Shown: in pieces, positions 39,246 through 52,030 of the stretch
Layout: every line of letters begins with the position of its first letter
Numbering within the stretch: position 1 is the stretch's first letter
DNA from: Camelus dromedarius
Lineage: Eukaryota
Assembly: GCF_036321535.1 (NCBI RefSeq)
Contig: NC_087438.1
Span: forward strand, 8,124,001 to 8,188,000
Direction: 5' to 3'
Length of the DNA stretch: 64,000 bases
Made by a program: the position numbers and the translations under genes
The notes under the pieces: generated by a model
Seen by the model: only the letters and a program-made list of their open reading frames with translations
The model's database searches: none
Told to the model about the DNA's origin: nothing

Positions 39246-40364
39246 ATTCAGTGGGGGTATGGCTTGGTGCCACTTTGTTTCCTCCTCTAAACTTATTTTT
39301 CTATGTGCAATAAGCTACTCAGTGATTCTCATGCAATAATTAAACTAGAATTAAAAGAAGATTGGAAATAGTGGAGTAAAGAGGAAGGGAGGAACGGACG
39401 AAAGATCACCTTGTGATCACCTTTTCTGTTCTACACCCTTAGCAGGCAGAGCTCAGGTGACCCTGCCCTGGGCTCATTTCTGCTTTGTTCCATAAATGAA
39501 GGCATTATTCCTGGAGCATAACATACCAATCATCCTGCCCACTGCCAATCACATGCAATGTACTGTGCTGTTTCTGGATGAAAGCTCATTCGTTCTACCC
39601 CAGCTTCCTGCTCGGCAGGCTCCCGTATTCACCTCCATCTCCATATGTCTTCTAGGAAAATTTAAAATAGTATTTTGGCTTAGACTCCTAGGGCAACACA
39701 AATGTCTTCACGGGTTCTACGTGAGTCTGAGAGACCTCATGCGACAGCACCCACTGGGTCACTGGAAGCATATTCAGTACAGTCAGACTTTCACCTGGTG
39801 GATGCGCTCCTCCCCTCCTGCTGATTCGCAGGGGAGTTATCGCGGTGCCAGCCAACTTCCAAAACATATCCCCTACCCGCCGCACCATCCCAGCTCCTGG
39901 AAACTGGTCTACTTCATGACGTCTGTCCCTTCCTTTCCATATTTATCGCAGTGGGAAACAAATCATACATTAACAAAATCACTTTCTTTCCAACATTTAA
40001 CATCAGAATTTAGGAACTGAAAAGCTGGGTCAGCCCCCTCCCTTCTCGCATCTTACCATCCATCTCCTGGCCGCTGTGTCTGTCCTGAGTTCTCTTCCTC
40101 AGGGAAAAACGCGGATTTGAATGGGAGGCCTCACTAAACCACTGTACTGCCTGCCAAATGGAGGGAATCATTTCAAAGCTAAGGGGTGGAAATATCAACT
40201 GACGCTCTTGAAATATTTAAAACTTTTCTTCCTCCAAATCATTTTTAAGATCCTTAGCCTCTATCCATTCTACACTGTAAACATCCCTTGAAACTCACTG
40301 TCTGTTATCTCTTGCCTGATGCAATAAAGGGATAATATAAAGTGAGTTCTCCATGCCTGGAGTA

Positions 40365-40835
40365 AAGGAGTCACTCTTCCCCTGGACAACGTACCCTCCT
40401 TGGTTAGGATCTTCTGGGCTCTCTTTCCGACTTGCCCCAATCTTGGGCTCTCATGCTCCTCTCTGTAGTCTCCTTCTAACAAGAAACCTGCTAAACCAGG
40501 TTAGCCAGAATCAGCCATACTCAAGATCTAATTACCTTTGATATCTGCTCTGGTTTCTCATCCTCCGCCATTCCCCCAGGTGACATCTGATCACCTGGCC
40601 TGCATTCAGCAAGAATCCTGTTGGGTCTCTCTTACTCCTGCTATTTCAGTTTAGTCATTTTCCATCCACTGCCCGCCCCCTGCTGCTTGGCTATAAATTC
40701 CCATTGTTTCCTCGTATTTGGAGTTGAACCCCATCTCTCCTCCCTCCTACAAAACCCCACTGGGGTAGCCGCCTTGAATAAAGTCTGCCTTACTGTTCTT
40801 TAACAAGCATTATTGAATAATTTTTTTCTTTAACA
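40365..40835 (+). mobile_element. MER31-like ERV1 solo LTR
   Basis: 'cccccaggtgacatctgatcacctggcctgcattcagcaagaatcctg', TATAAA at 40692, AATAAA at 40777 and terminus 'ttgaataatttttttctttaaca' match recalled MER31. Confidence 0.85.
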
Positions 40836-40929
40836 CCATCACAAACTCCTTTCTGCCTGACAGGAACATGGACAAAGTCACATGCCCTCTCTAACATCAG
40901 TCTCCTCATCTGGACAGAGATAACGTTAT

Positions 40930-41793
40930 TAGACCCAGCTTCATGGTGGTGAGACCTGTGCCGTTGTCCAGGGCCCCAAGCTCAGAGAGTCCTAAGCTTG
41001 GTTTAGTGCTGTACCACTGCCATCATGGAATGCATAATAAATAATTCTACCTCTGAACCCAAACTTGTTTTGCAGCGAAATCCAACACAGCATTGAAATG
41101 GGTGCCTGAGTGGAGTCCTCTCTTCCTCACTGCCTCATGCTCATGTAGCGCTTGGAATATGTGAATACCCTTCACTTGCTTTGAAGGAAGAAGGCAATGT
41201 AAATGAATAAGGTACCCAATCATAGCCTTTCTTCCTCATATCCTTCACCTAGGTCAGCCAACTATTTATGCTAAGAATAATGACCCAGATGGAAAGGGAA
41301 GTTATGTCAACCCATGGTCCTGTTTCCTTTCAGTCCTCCCTGCCTCTCCAGGAAGAGAATTCTAGTCGACTATGTGCATATTGAGAAGCAAAACAAAAAT
41401 ATTTGAGGTAGATTCGTGCAGTGTTTCCACTATTTGGGTAAGAACAAAATACTTAGGTATGTACAGACTATAAAACATGAATTGCATAATTTCTGAAATT
41501 CTGCAGACAAGTTAAATGCTCTTCTATTTGCCTTTAAATCTGGCACTACGGTAATAGAAAGACAAATGGTAAATTTCATGCAAATGATTTGAAATTTTAG
41601 TTTTTCCTCACTTAAAATAAGACTAAATAGTAAATAAAACCCATCAAGATAAGTTGAGAGACAGACCATGGAAGAAAGAAAAAAGCTTTAGTATTTTTTT
41701 AGTACTCTTAACGTCATTTCCCTTCCTGCTTTGTGAACGACAAGCTTGAAATATTCCTTTTGAAGCGGGCGTTGCAGATTACAAACCAGCTCT
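40930..41793 (+). mobile_element. MER45-like hAT-Tip100 DNA transposon relic
   Basis: The start 'cagcttcatggtggtgagacctgtgc...cagggccccaagctcaga...gcttggtttagtgct' matches the recalled MER45 5' end. AT-rich body with a degenerate 3' terminus. Confidence 0.7.
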
Positions 41794-41959
41794 AAACATG
41801 AGCTATCCCAGCTTGCTGTCGTGGGAGTCAGTGATAACGCCTTTGAAGGTCCCGGCACGCACAGAATATCGACCAATCAATCCCCCGACTTCTCCCCCAT
41901 TCACTCCACCCAACTGCCTCTCTCTTCCTCTTCATGCCTGCAGCTTTTTCTTGCTCCTG

Positions 41960-42375
41960 TCAATTACCCGCCATGTCCCTGAAATCAGCATCCTAAAGTA
42001 GAAATCTAATCACGGCCATCTCTAGTTCAAAAGCCTTCCGTGGTCCCTCATTGTGTGTGAGACCAAACCCAAGCTCCTTGGCAGAGCATGCTTGGTCTGT
42101 GAGGACCAGCCTGGCCCACCTGGAGGGGCCAGTGTCAGCCTCCAGCCTTAGACGTCTAGGCTGGCCGAGGCCCCGCCTCCCCTGAGACCCCAGAGCAGGT
42201 CTATCGTTTTTCAGAACATGCCATGACGATTTGCATTTTCATATTGGTCTTTGCCAGACTGTCAGCCCCCAGAGGACAGAGACTGAATAGCGTTCTCATC
42301 TCCACATTTCACAGTATGAAGCTCCGTGCCTGGTACTCATACTGATGTGTTCACAGATGGACTGAAGCACAGTGA
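41960..42375 (+). mobile_element. L2 3' region
   Basis: 'aaatctaatcacggcca...ttcaaaagccttccgtggtccctcattg...ccaagctccttggc' and 'ccagactgtcagcccccagaggacagagac...gtgcctggtac'. Confidence 0.65.
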
Positions 42376-42636
42376 GTAAAAGGCTGGACTTTCACTTCAT
42401 GTTCTAAGTGTGCCCCTTATTTGCCTGAATTTTGTCTTCCTTAAAACTGCACTATGACGAAAAGGAACTCTAACCCTTTGATTCTATGTCTGTCACTAAG
42501 CATCACTGGGATAAGTAAGCAACCTACGGAGTCAATGCTTTGATTTGTGCAACCTCAATTGGAATAAAAACATTCACTAATCAGCTGCTAAGCTATAAGT
42601 CATCCCATTTATAAAATACTTCAAGAGCACATATTA

Positions 42637-42753
42637 GAGTTTGGGGTTTCTGAACATGAGCCACCTGTCCTCTTTGCTCAGCCCTGCAATAAACCTTTCT
42701 CTGCTCCAAAAAAACAACAACAAAAAAAAACAAAAACCAGAACAACAACAACA
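42637..42753 (+). mobile_element. Short polyadenylated retroposed insert resembling an ERV LTR R-region end
   Basis: 71-nt body with AATAAA at 42688-42693 and an A-rich tail from 42708. TSD aagagcacatatta (42623-42636) / aaaagcgcatatta (42754-42767). The LTR identity is by recall only. Confidence 0.7.
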
Positions 42754-43954
42754 AAAAGCGCATATTATTTAACATTGCACCATGACAAATCCTTTTATAA
42801 AAACAATGAAACTGTAATTAAATTTTTACACATCTAAACAGACAAGTAACCACTTTTTTTCTTAAACTCAGTGTATTTCTTGATTCAAGAGAAGGCCACA
42901 GCGGGGAAAATTTTTCCTCTGTGGGGGAGGGGTGAGGGTGATGTCCACACACATAAACAAAACCCATCCTTTTCCAACAGCACTGTTTTTTATGCCACTG
43001 TATGGTAATCTTTCCTTTTTTTAACTGTTAAATTCTGCTCCTCCTATAGACTTGAACAAACTAATTTTCCTCTCCTTAATTAAGACCACTGCCGTATTTC
43101 AGTCACTCAAGCTTCCTGTTAAATGAAACATTATTTTCACTTATAAATGTTCCATGATGTGTTCCTAGTGGTTGCTAATTGGGGACAATTACACGAAGAT
43201 GAATCAGAACTCATCAGTGGCAGTTGTCATTAGCACGTCTCTGTTCTGCTTCTGATGCCGATATGTTGGTTTAAGGCAATAGGGCAAATCAGGACCCCAG
43301 AGGGAGCCGTGATGAAGCAGCTCAGGAAATTCGCAGGCAATGAGGGCATCCTTCATTTTTAATTTGTTGGTTTAATCTGGCTGGAGAGGAGCTGACAAAA
43401 TCATCACCTAATGTGCTTAATGGTCTAAAGGAAATGAGTTGGTTTAGTTCCTACTGGACCCATTTCTAAGTCATGCAAGCCCCAGATGAATGACTCTAAT
43501 GAACCCGCCTCACAGAAAACGTACCATGGAAACTAGACCTTGGCGGCTTGTACATAATCTTCTAAAAGCATCAAAAAAGTGAAATGAAAGAGTCTGCAGG
43601 AAGTGGGTTATCGTGCCCCTCAAAGCGCAGGTCACTGCCAGCCTAGGAGATAATGACACCCCAGGCTGGAGGGGAGATTTTCTGCATTTTCTTTTCCTGT
43701 TCAGAATGCGATAACTAAGAACACGAATATAATTTTTGTTTTGATTTACTAGTTATTGGTGAGACTGAACTGCATTTCTACTACTGAAAAGTAAAGTGAC
43801 AATTTTTTTACTCTTACGAGTTAATATGAAATATATATATGAAATGGAGTAAAATGTTGGAATGGAGCATATAGAATAAACCGATTCTTCCAAAGTCAGG
43901 GAAGACATACTTCTTTTGCTTTATCGTATAAATGTTAATAGTTTAAAAATGATA

Positions 43955-44712
43955 TCTCAAGGGTATTATGGTAAGTGAAAGACAGAGAAAGAAAAATGCC
44001 ATATGATTTCATTTATATGTGGAATCTAAAAAACAGAACAAATGAACAAAGAACTAAATAGAAACAGAGTTATAGGTACAGAGAACAAACAGGTTGTTGC
44101 CTGAGGGGCGGGGGTGGTAAGGAGAGAAACAGGTGAGGAAGACTGAGAGGAACAAGCTTTTGGTTACAAGACAAATGAGTCAGGGGCGTGCCATGTACAG
44201 TGTGGGGAATGTAGTCAATAACTGTGCAATATCTGTGTAGCGGCAGTTGGCAACTAGACTTACCATGGTGATCATTTTGAAATGTATAGAAATGTTGAAT
44301 CACTATGCTGTGTACCAGGAACTAACATAGCATTGTAGGTCAATTACATTTCAAAAACAAATGAACAAACAAACTCATAGAAAAAGTGATCAGATTTGCA
44401 GCTACCACAGGTGGGGGTATGATGTAGGGAAACTGGACGAAGGCAGTTAAAAGGTACAAACATGATAAATATAATTAAAACTACTATACAATACATATGA
44501 AAACTCAAGAGAGCAAATCCTAAGGGTTCTTACCATGAGGACAAATTTATTTTTTTACTATTTCTTTGATTTTGTATCTATATGAGATGATAGATGTTCA
44601 CTAAATTTATTGTGGTCATTATTTCATGATGTACGTAAGTCAAATCTTGACGCTGTAGTCCTTGTGCAGTGCTGTTTATCAACCATCAATAAAATTGGAA
44701 GAAAAATAAATA
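43955..44712 (+). mobile_element. L1 3'UTR (L1MA9/L1_Art-like, older than the 14662 family)
   Basis: 'gggtattatggtaagtgaaa...atatgtggaatctaaaaaac...tcactatgctgtgtaccaggaactaacata...tcaataaaattggaagaaaa'. Confidence 0.85.
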
Positions 44713-45759
44713 ATTACGTAGGTAAGAACAATTTGATTTTTTTAAAGTCTTAAGGTCAAAACAAAAATAAAAATAAGAATTCCTTTCCTTTGTCCTTTTT
44801 GACCTTCAAGATAGAGGTGAAGACCAAAAAACTCCCCTGAACTTGGAATTTTATACACTACCCTGGGAAGTGATTCAGTTTTCCCCATGGTGACTAGACG
44901 AGCTAGACTCAGAATGTCAATTTAGTAAACTGATGAAAGGAGGTGTTTCTTTATTCTGCCGTCATATACCTAGACTTCCTTTCCCCTGACTGTCGACTTA
45001 CAACCTCCTGTGCACACACACAGACACACCTCCCACTACCGTCATTGCCAACAGCAACAAGATTCTTTTTGTCCAAATTTGGAAGCTGGAATGGTACTTT
45101 GTGTCAGGGAATAGAGAACAGAAGTGTCAGCATTTAACCTTAAAGTCAACATAAGGAAAATGTCCAGTTTATATAAAATAAACTAAGCATAGGGGTCATA
45201 CTTTATAGCTCCCCTTTCTCCTGCTTTTCAGAGATCCAATAAAGATCTAGCCTGTTGTGTCAAAAATTTAAGCTGTGTATTTCTAAGGGGTGGACCAGTT
45301 CAACATGCCTGGGTCCTCAGAAGGTATCATCACTGAGGGAAAAAATAAAAGCATATACTCCCTCCTGAGAATCTGTCAGTAGAGATATCTTTACACAAAA
45401 TAAGGTAGTATCAGGTAGCTCTTCTTTACTGAGGTTGTGTCATTCAGTAGAGGACTTTCATGAAGTTTCTTCATCTTTTTCCCGAGCCCTCTGCTGGTGG
45501 AGGAGTCATGTTGCTGCCATGCCCCAAGCCTGTGTTCTCCACGATGAGGTGGAAGATGACAATCTTGAGGGGTTCAGCTAAAACCATAGTAAGTCCACAG
45601 AGAGGTCAGAAAATCAACCCACAGCTTTCAGACTAACACTTTTCAGCTCCAATGAAGCAGCTGATCCTGGCTAAACAAGTCCAGTTAAGCTGGACACACC
45701 TGAGTTGGGAATGCGAGTGGTGAATTAAAGTCAGCTGCAGATTCTTTCCACTGCCTCCA

Positions 45760-46244
45760 CTGAATCCACTGAGGAGTGACATCTATTCCCCACCCACTGC
45801 CCCTTGATTCTGAGCTGGTCCTGACTTGCTTAGACCACCAAAACGCAGCAGAAGTGACGCTCTGTAGCCTTCTGACTTCTCAGAGATAAACAGCTGAGAT
45901 CCCCTCATGACAGAATATTCCTTTTGGAAGCCAGCCTCTACATAAGAGGTTTGACTGTCTGGTAGCAACCATGATGCGAAGAAGCCCAGGGTAGCCATGT
46001 GGAAACAGAGGGGGCACAAGAAGGAGCACGGGGGTGCCAGACGCATGGTGAAAGGGAGGTACTCCTTGGACTTTCCTTCTGAGCCCAGACAGGACAGCAG
46101 ATGACCTCAGTTCCCGCCACACGCAAGAGAAGACCTAGTCAGATGAGCCCCGCCCAGATTCCCTACCCACAGGTAAAATGGGATTTGATGTTAAAGCCAC
46201 CAGGATTTGGGTTAGTTTATTAAAGGCAACAGGTAACCAAAACA
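45760..46244 (+). mobile_element. MLT1-type MaLR LTR
   Basis: 'ccccttgattctgagctggtcctgacttgc...gcagaagtgacgctctg' and end 'ttaaagccaccaggatttgggttagtttatt...gcaacaggtaaccaaaaca'. Confidence 0.75.
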
Positions 46245-47394
46245 ATGTGCCTAGCACAGAACAATCCTTGGTAGCCAACAGTAGTAAAGAATACTGCTCT
46301 CATGAGTGATTTTATAATTTACAAGGGATAATGGATTTCTGCATTTTGTTTTGAAGAGAAAAATACTTGCAGAAATATAGAGTTCAGCATTTAACTATCT
46401 GCTTCATTGTATCCTGAGTAAATCCGTCTCCTACATTACTCAATTTCACAATGAATTAAAGTGAATACACACTAGATGTACCCATACGATAAGTATCTGG
46501 GCTTGAGATTTTAAAAAAATGTAAAACACTCAAGGCCTGTTACCATGAGGAAAACTACAGCGTGAAATGGAAATGATGTCTAAAATTAGAAATTAATAGT
46601 GAATAACATACAAAGTGTTGTAACTTGGCTGACATGGGGCACATGACCACACAGACTAGGGGGAAAAAAAAGTGAAATTCACCAGGGAAGCTATCTGGGC
46701 AGAAATGTGGTTTAAACCAGATCTTGGGGGGGGGAGAAAAAAAGGATAGGCTAAAATTAGACGGGAGAGTAGAGGGGAACTTCAAGGGAGTGTTGACGTG
46801 GCAGATTTCCAATATGAGCTAAAGATGAAAGAAAAATAAAAATCAATAACTTATTTAAGTCCGTTTAATGTTTCTTGACAACACCCTAGCTCAGCTCTGC
46901 AGAATGTAATTCAACCTGGGAAATATTTCTTCTAAAGCTATTGCAGTTGTGAAAGGGAAGCGTGGGAGGAGATTGGCCATTTCAACTGAGCGCTGATGTT
47001 TGGGGTCTATGAGAAGGAGAAAGAGTGTGGGAACATGAACCAAATAAAATGACAAGCAGAAACAAACAAAAACCCCAACCAACCAACCAACCAACAAATA
47101 CAAACAAACACACAAAGGACTAAGGAATTACTAGACGGGCACCTTTAGGCTAATTACTGTTATTCTGTGTGTGTTTGTATATATTTTGCAACAGCAAACT
47201 TTTTAATATTTTAGGTGTCTCAGAAAGAAGGGGGTTAAAGTTAGTTATGTAATGAAATTTTATAGGAAAAACTGCTGTAAAAAAAAAAAGAAGAAAGTGT
47301 GGGTGTATTTTCCCTGCATCAAATTTTTCATAGTTTTAAGATTTAAGACTGCTATACTAGCAGTAAATATGTACAGTAAAATTATCTACAATAA

Positions 47395-48425
47395 AATTTT
47401 AAAATGCTCAATACAATTGGTCACAAGGGAAGTGCAAAATAAAACCCAAATGAGATACTGCTTCTTACCACTTGTATGGCTACTTTTAAAATACTGACAC
47501 TGCCAAATGTTGGCAAGGCTGTGAAGCAACTGAAACTCTGATACATTTTTGTGGGTAGTTTCTCATAGAACTAAATATACACCTACCCAATGACCCAGAG
47601 ATTCCAATCCTAGAGTTTTTTCCCCTGAGAAACAGAAAACATATATATACAAAAAGATTTGTATGAGAGTGTTCTTGGCAACTTTATTTATAATGGCCCC
47701 AAATTGGAAAGAGCCCAGATGCTCAACAACAGAAGAATGGATAAATGATTTGTGGTCCATTTATACAGTGGAAGACTGATAAGTAATGAAAGGGAAAGAA
47801 ATACTGACACCGATAGCAGCATGGATGACTCCAAAAGCTTCAAGCTTAATAAAAGAAGATTTAGGCAAAATAACACATACCCTTGGTTCCAACAGGCAAA
47901 ACTAACTGATGGCAGGAAACCAAAAAAACAGAGCAGTGGATGCCTTTGAAAGAGTGGAGTAGGGGTTTACTGGGGAGGGGTATGAATCAACTTCCTGGGG
48001 TGACGGACGATGTCTACATCCTGACGGAGGCTTGGGTCGCACATCTGTGTTATTTATAAAAACTTGATGAATGGTACACTTAAAATTTGTGCATTTCCTT
48101 GCACATAAATGGTACTTCAAAGGAAAAAAAATAGAAGCTGGAAATGAATATTAAATTCTAGTTGTTGATATCCATGCTGAACTATTTTGGGGGAAATATA
48201 CTTAGGTCTGTGATTTTTTTTTGAAATGAATCTACAATAGCATTTGTTATATAACAAACAGCATTTGAATAGAGAGAAGGGTAGATGAATACATGGGTAA
48301 TAAATCAAACATATCAAACTGTTAGTGGTAGGATGTAAGTGGTGGGTTTATGGATGATCACTGTAAAAGTCATTCAACTATTCTGTATGCTTAATTTTTT
48401 TTCCTAATTAAATGTTGGAAAACAA
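47395..48425 (+). mobile_element. Old L1 (L1MC/ME-like) ORF2 end + 3'UTR
   Basis: 'gggaagtgcaaaataaaacccaaatgagatac...ccaaatgttggcaaggctgtgaagcaactgaaactct...gaagaatggataaatgatttgtgg'. Confidence 0.8.
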
Positions 48426-48516
48426 TTGGGAAAAAATGCATCAAATAGTCCTGGCTCAAATATGTGTGGTACATCTGGAAGAAAAAAGCAAATTCTCCAA
48501 GTAAAGAACATATCTA

Positions 48517-48722
48517 CAAATTACTATATATAAAATGGATAAACAAGGACCAGCTGTAGAGTATAGGGAACTGTATTCAGTTTCTTATAATAACATATAA
48601 TGAAAAAGAATCTGAAGAGAAAATATACATATGTATGTATATGTATAACTGAATCGCTTTGCTGTACACCTGAAACTAACATTGTAAATCAACTACACTT
48701 CAATAAAAAATAAAATTTAAAA
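48517..48722 (+). mobile_element. Short L1 3'UTR insertion with TSD
   Basis: Camelid-type 3'UTR. TSD aaagaacatatcta (48503-48516) / aaagagcatatcta (48723-48736). Confidence 0.9.
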
Positions 48723-48924
48723 AAAGAGCATATCTAATCTAATCTAACTGGACAACTCTGTAGAAAAACAGCACGCACCAGTGATACGCACACCCACAAT
48801 CATCGACAACATGCTTGAAATGGTTTCTCCCCAGTCCTACTCCAATTAAAATATTCTAATTTACTGCAGAAATACCGGAGCTACTGAGGGTTAGGAGAAG
48901 GATGTCTGTTTTGGTTGGTAGTCT

Positions 48925-49125
48925 ATTCAGGGATAAAGGGCTGATGTTTTAGGCTCTCTGGGCCAAAGGTCTGCATGGCAGTGACCAGACTCAAGTGTTG
49001 CAGTGCAGACGCCACCACAGACAGCACCTAAACAGATGGGCGTGGCTGTGGTCCCGAAAACTTTATTTACAAAACAGGCAGCAGGCCGGATTTGGCCTTC
49101 GGGCTGCAGTTTGCCAACTCTTGTT
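48925..49125. mobile_element. MER58A-like hAT-Charlie MITE
   Basis: 'atgggcgtggctgtggtcccgaaaactttatttacaaaacaggcagcaggccggatttggcc...gcagtttgccaactcttg'. Confidence 0.85.
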
Positions 49126-50318
49126 CTATTTGAAGAGCATTCATAACTGAATTACTCTGCAACCTCTCTGCACAGATTTTATAGTATTTATAATACATTC
49201 AACTAGTATGTCACCTTATTTATTTAATAAGTAACTAGTATGTCAACTTTATTTATTTATTTTTATTTTTTCCAGTCTTCTAATTCAAATAACTTTAGGG
49301 ACACGGTTCTATTATCTGACAAGGCTTTCACAGGACATTTTTCTGGTTGGGTGTGCTTTGGAGGACCAGGGCTTGCTTTCCAGTTCACAGGGTGCCAAAT
49401 GTTCACATCTCCCGGTTCCCTGAGTGCACACTAGTTTTATTATTTATGCATAATGAGGAGGATGAAATAACAGTTTTGAATATAATGAGGAGTGTTGAGA
49501 GACTTGGAGTGGGGGAAAGAAGATCTGTCTGGATCGAGTAAGTGCCTTCAAGGACTCGTCCCTGCAGGCGAGGGCTGACTCTCCCTCCTTACTGGGCCCC
49601 TAGCCGGTGCTGGCGAGTGAGCAGGGACAACTAGCTTCTCTCAACACAGTTCCTGCCCTTTGGGAACTTACACTATGGGTTAACCTGTGGGAATAGGACA
49701 ATGGCCCACAGGTGAACAGATGAAAAATTCATCCATTATAAAGACCTTCCTATAATGAGATATATCTGAGTTGAGTGTAATACTTGGAGACAGAGGAAGC
49801 GCACCATCCCTGGAAGTAATTAAGGGGAAGCAAATGATCCCCAGTCAGGCTGCCGATTAGAACAACGCCTCAGTTAGAAGGACTAAGTCCAGAACCTGAC
49901 ACAGAAGGTCACTATTTACAAATATAATTTGTTACCAGAAGAGAGAAACTATTAGACTGAACAGAGCCTTGTTACTCGTTGTGCACAATATTTTAAAACA
50001 TTTTTATCTGTGTCAACTTTTTCTCTACCTAAAATTCAGCAGGCTGAAATGATCAGTCTATTTCCAAAGATGTTCATTAAATTTTCCTTAGGTTTGACTG
50101 ATTTATAAAAAAGAGTGAAACATTTGTAAGCCGTCTCCCCCTCTATCTCAAATTAGGGGTTAAAGCAGGATATTTTATTTAGAAAATATAACAAATTTCA
50201 TCCTTTCACCTTTTGCTAACATTTTCAAAATGACACAAATGAGACCAGTTGCTCTTAATCTCTTTTAGTTTCCTGATTTTGATTCCCTTATGAATCAAAA
50301 AGTAAAAGTAATGGAAAT

Positions 50319-50403
50319 ATATAAAATAGATAAACAACAAGGTCCTACTGGAAACTATACTCAATACTTTGTAGTAACCTATAATGAAAAAGAACGTGAA
50401 AAG

Positions 50404-50443
<40 letters not shown>

Positions 50444-50510
50444 AACTGAATCACCATGCTGTACAACAGAAATTAACACAACATTGTAAACAGACTATAC
50501 TTCACTAAAA
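50319..50510 (+). mobile_element. Short L1 3'UTR insertion with a perfect 15-bp TSD and internal (TA)n at ~50406-50435
   Basis: TSD aaaagtaatggaaat at 50304-50318 and 50511-50525. Confidence 0.93.
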
Positions 50511-51939
50511 AAAAGTAATGGAAATTCAATAACTATAACACCTCAATTAACTGACATTGTCTTTTCTTTGTTAGTTCATTTGTCATGCCTTAAACTGTTA
50601 ATTTACAAGTGAAAAATCATGGGTACCTAAAACCTACCCATGTTTGAAGCCATTCATTCTCCTAATAATTTGAAATAAACTCGCCATTTGAAAAAAATAT
50701 TCTGGAGTACCAACTGGAAATACTGAAGCGCTCTAAAAACTCAATAATGCACTTGTCGATATTTGCAAGTGCAAAATTTACTGAATTATTATTAGGCATT
50801 TTAGCCCTTTTAAGACTGAGCCAATTAAACTGCTCCCTTATGTTTCTTTCATAGAACTCTGAAGTTCAGGACAGCAGTTCTTGACTCCTTGGACAAGAAA
50901 TCAAGTTGGATGTAGAGATGTGTGACTTTCTCCCGAGAGAGTATTTACCGAAGAGGGAACACGTAAGAGTTCAGACCTGCTGGCATCATTTTAACAAGCC
51001 TCCTCGGGGCCCATCCCTGTACCAGGCCCCGGAGGGAAAGACAACAAACAGCACTCCTTCCCTCACGGTGCTTGCGATTCAGCAGCAAGAACCAGCTTGG
51101 TGGCCCCACGTCTAGGTTATGCCAGCACCAGAAGCCAGTGTCGGGAAGGATTGCGTGTGAAGGAGGAAACAGCAGAAACGTCAAAGGAGAGATGGCGTGG
51201 GAGCCGGAAAGCAATGAGGGGGATTTTTGATGAACAGAGAGTGGGAGTGTGATTACAGCTGGGACTGGGGGCAGTGAGGGACAGAGCACGTTGGGATAAA
51301 CAAAGACCTGTGTGTCAACCTGAAGGGTAAGTGTGGGGTACAGACAACATCCCGGTGTCCCTGGAGCAAAGGAGGTGACTTCGAGAAGGAAAAGAAGGGT
51401 GTAATAGGAGATGGCCCCAGATAAGACATTGGAGCCAGTTTGTGAGAAACCCCAAATGCCAATATTTGGCATTTATTCTGCCATGGAAAGTTCTGAGCAA
51501 TAGAATGGACTGCTTAAAGAAGATGGTGGGAAGAATTTCCCACAAGCACCTTCACACAGGCATCACCAGCTTAGGGGTGGCTGGGCTTCGTCTGAGGTAC
51601 TGGACCTCAAAATCAGTACCTGTGTGGCTCACGGCAGATTCAGGATAGGTTGTTCCACGGTGTCTCAACTTAGCAATCTCAGGGTGTGTGTGCGGTATGT
51701 GCGGCAACACAGGGGGAGACTCCGTAGTCTGACCGTAGTGATGGTGATGAGTTTTGGTTGGGGAGGAAGGTTAAGTGGATCTCAAAGATACACAAAAGTA
51801 GCCGGCTGCTTAATGCCGGGCTGGGTGTACAAAACTGGGAGACCCTCACCTTCAAAGGGCCTGAAGTACCAGGACAGTAAAGGCATCCCGTAGCGAATAC
51901 ACAATTACCAGAGTACATGCACTCATGTGTTCTTTTTTC

Positions 51940-52030
51940 ACTTCATTCATTCATTCAGTCAACAAACGTGGTCCATAATGCACCAGGTGCTTTTGGAGGC
52001 CAAGGATTCAACGACGAACAGACAAGGAGG
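51940..52030 (-). mobile_element. L2 3' end fragment
   Basis: 'ttcattcattcattcagtcaacaaacg...atgcaccaggtgcttttggaggccaaggattcaacgacgaacagac'. Confidence 0.6.

Noticed and set aside
39496..40020. 174-aa ATG-initiated ORF (similarly 12829-13317 and 50945-51472)
   Set aside because: No recognisable homology and no retrocopy hallmarks (poly(A), TSD). The length is compatible with chance in 64 kb over six frames. A BLASTP hit or Ribo-seq signal would be needed.
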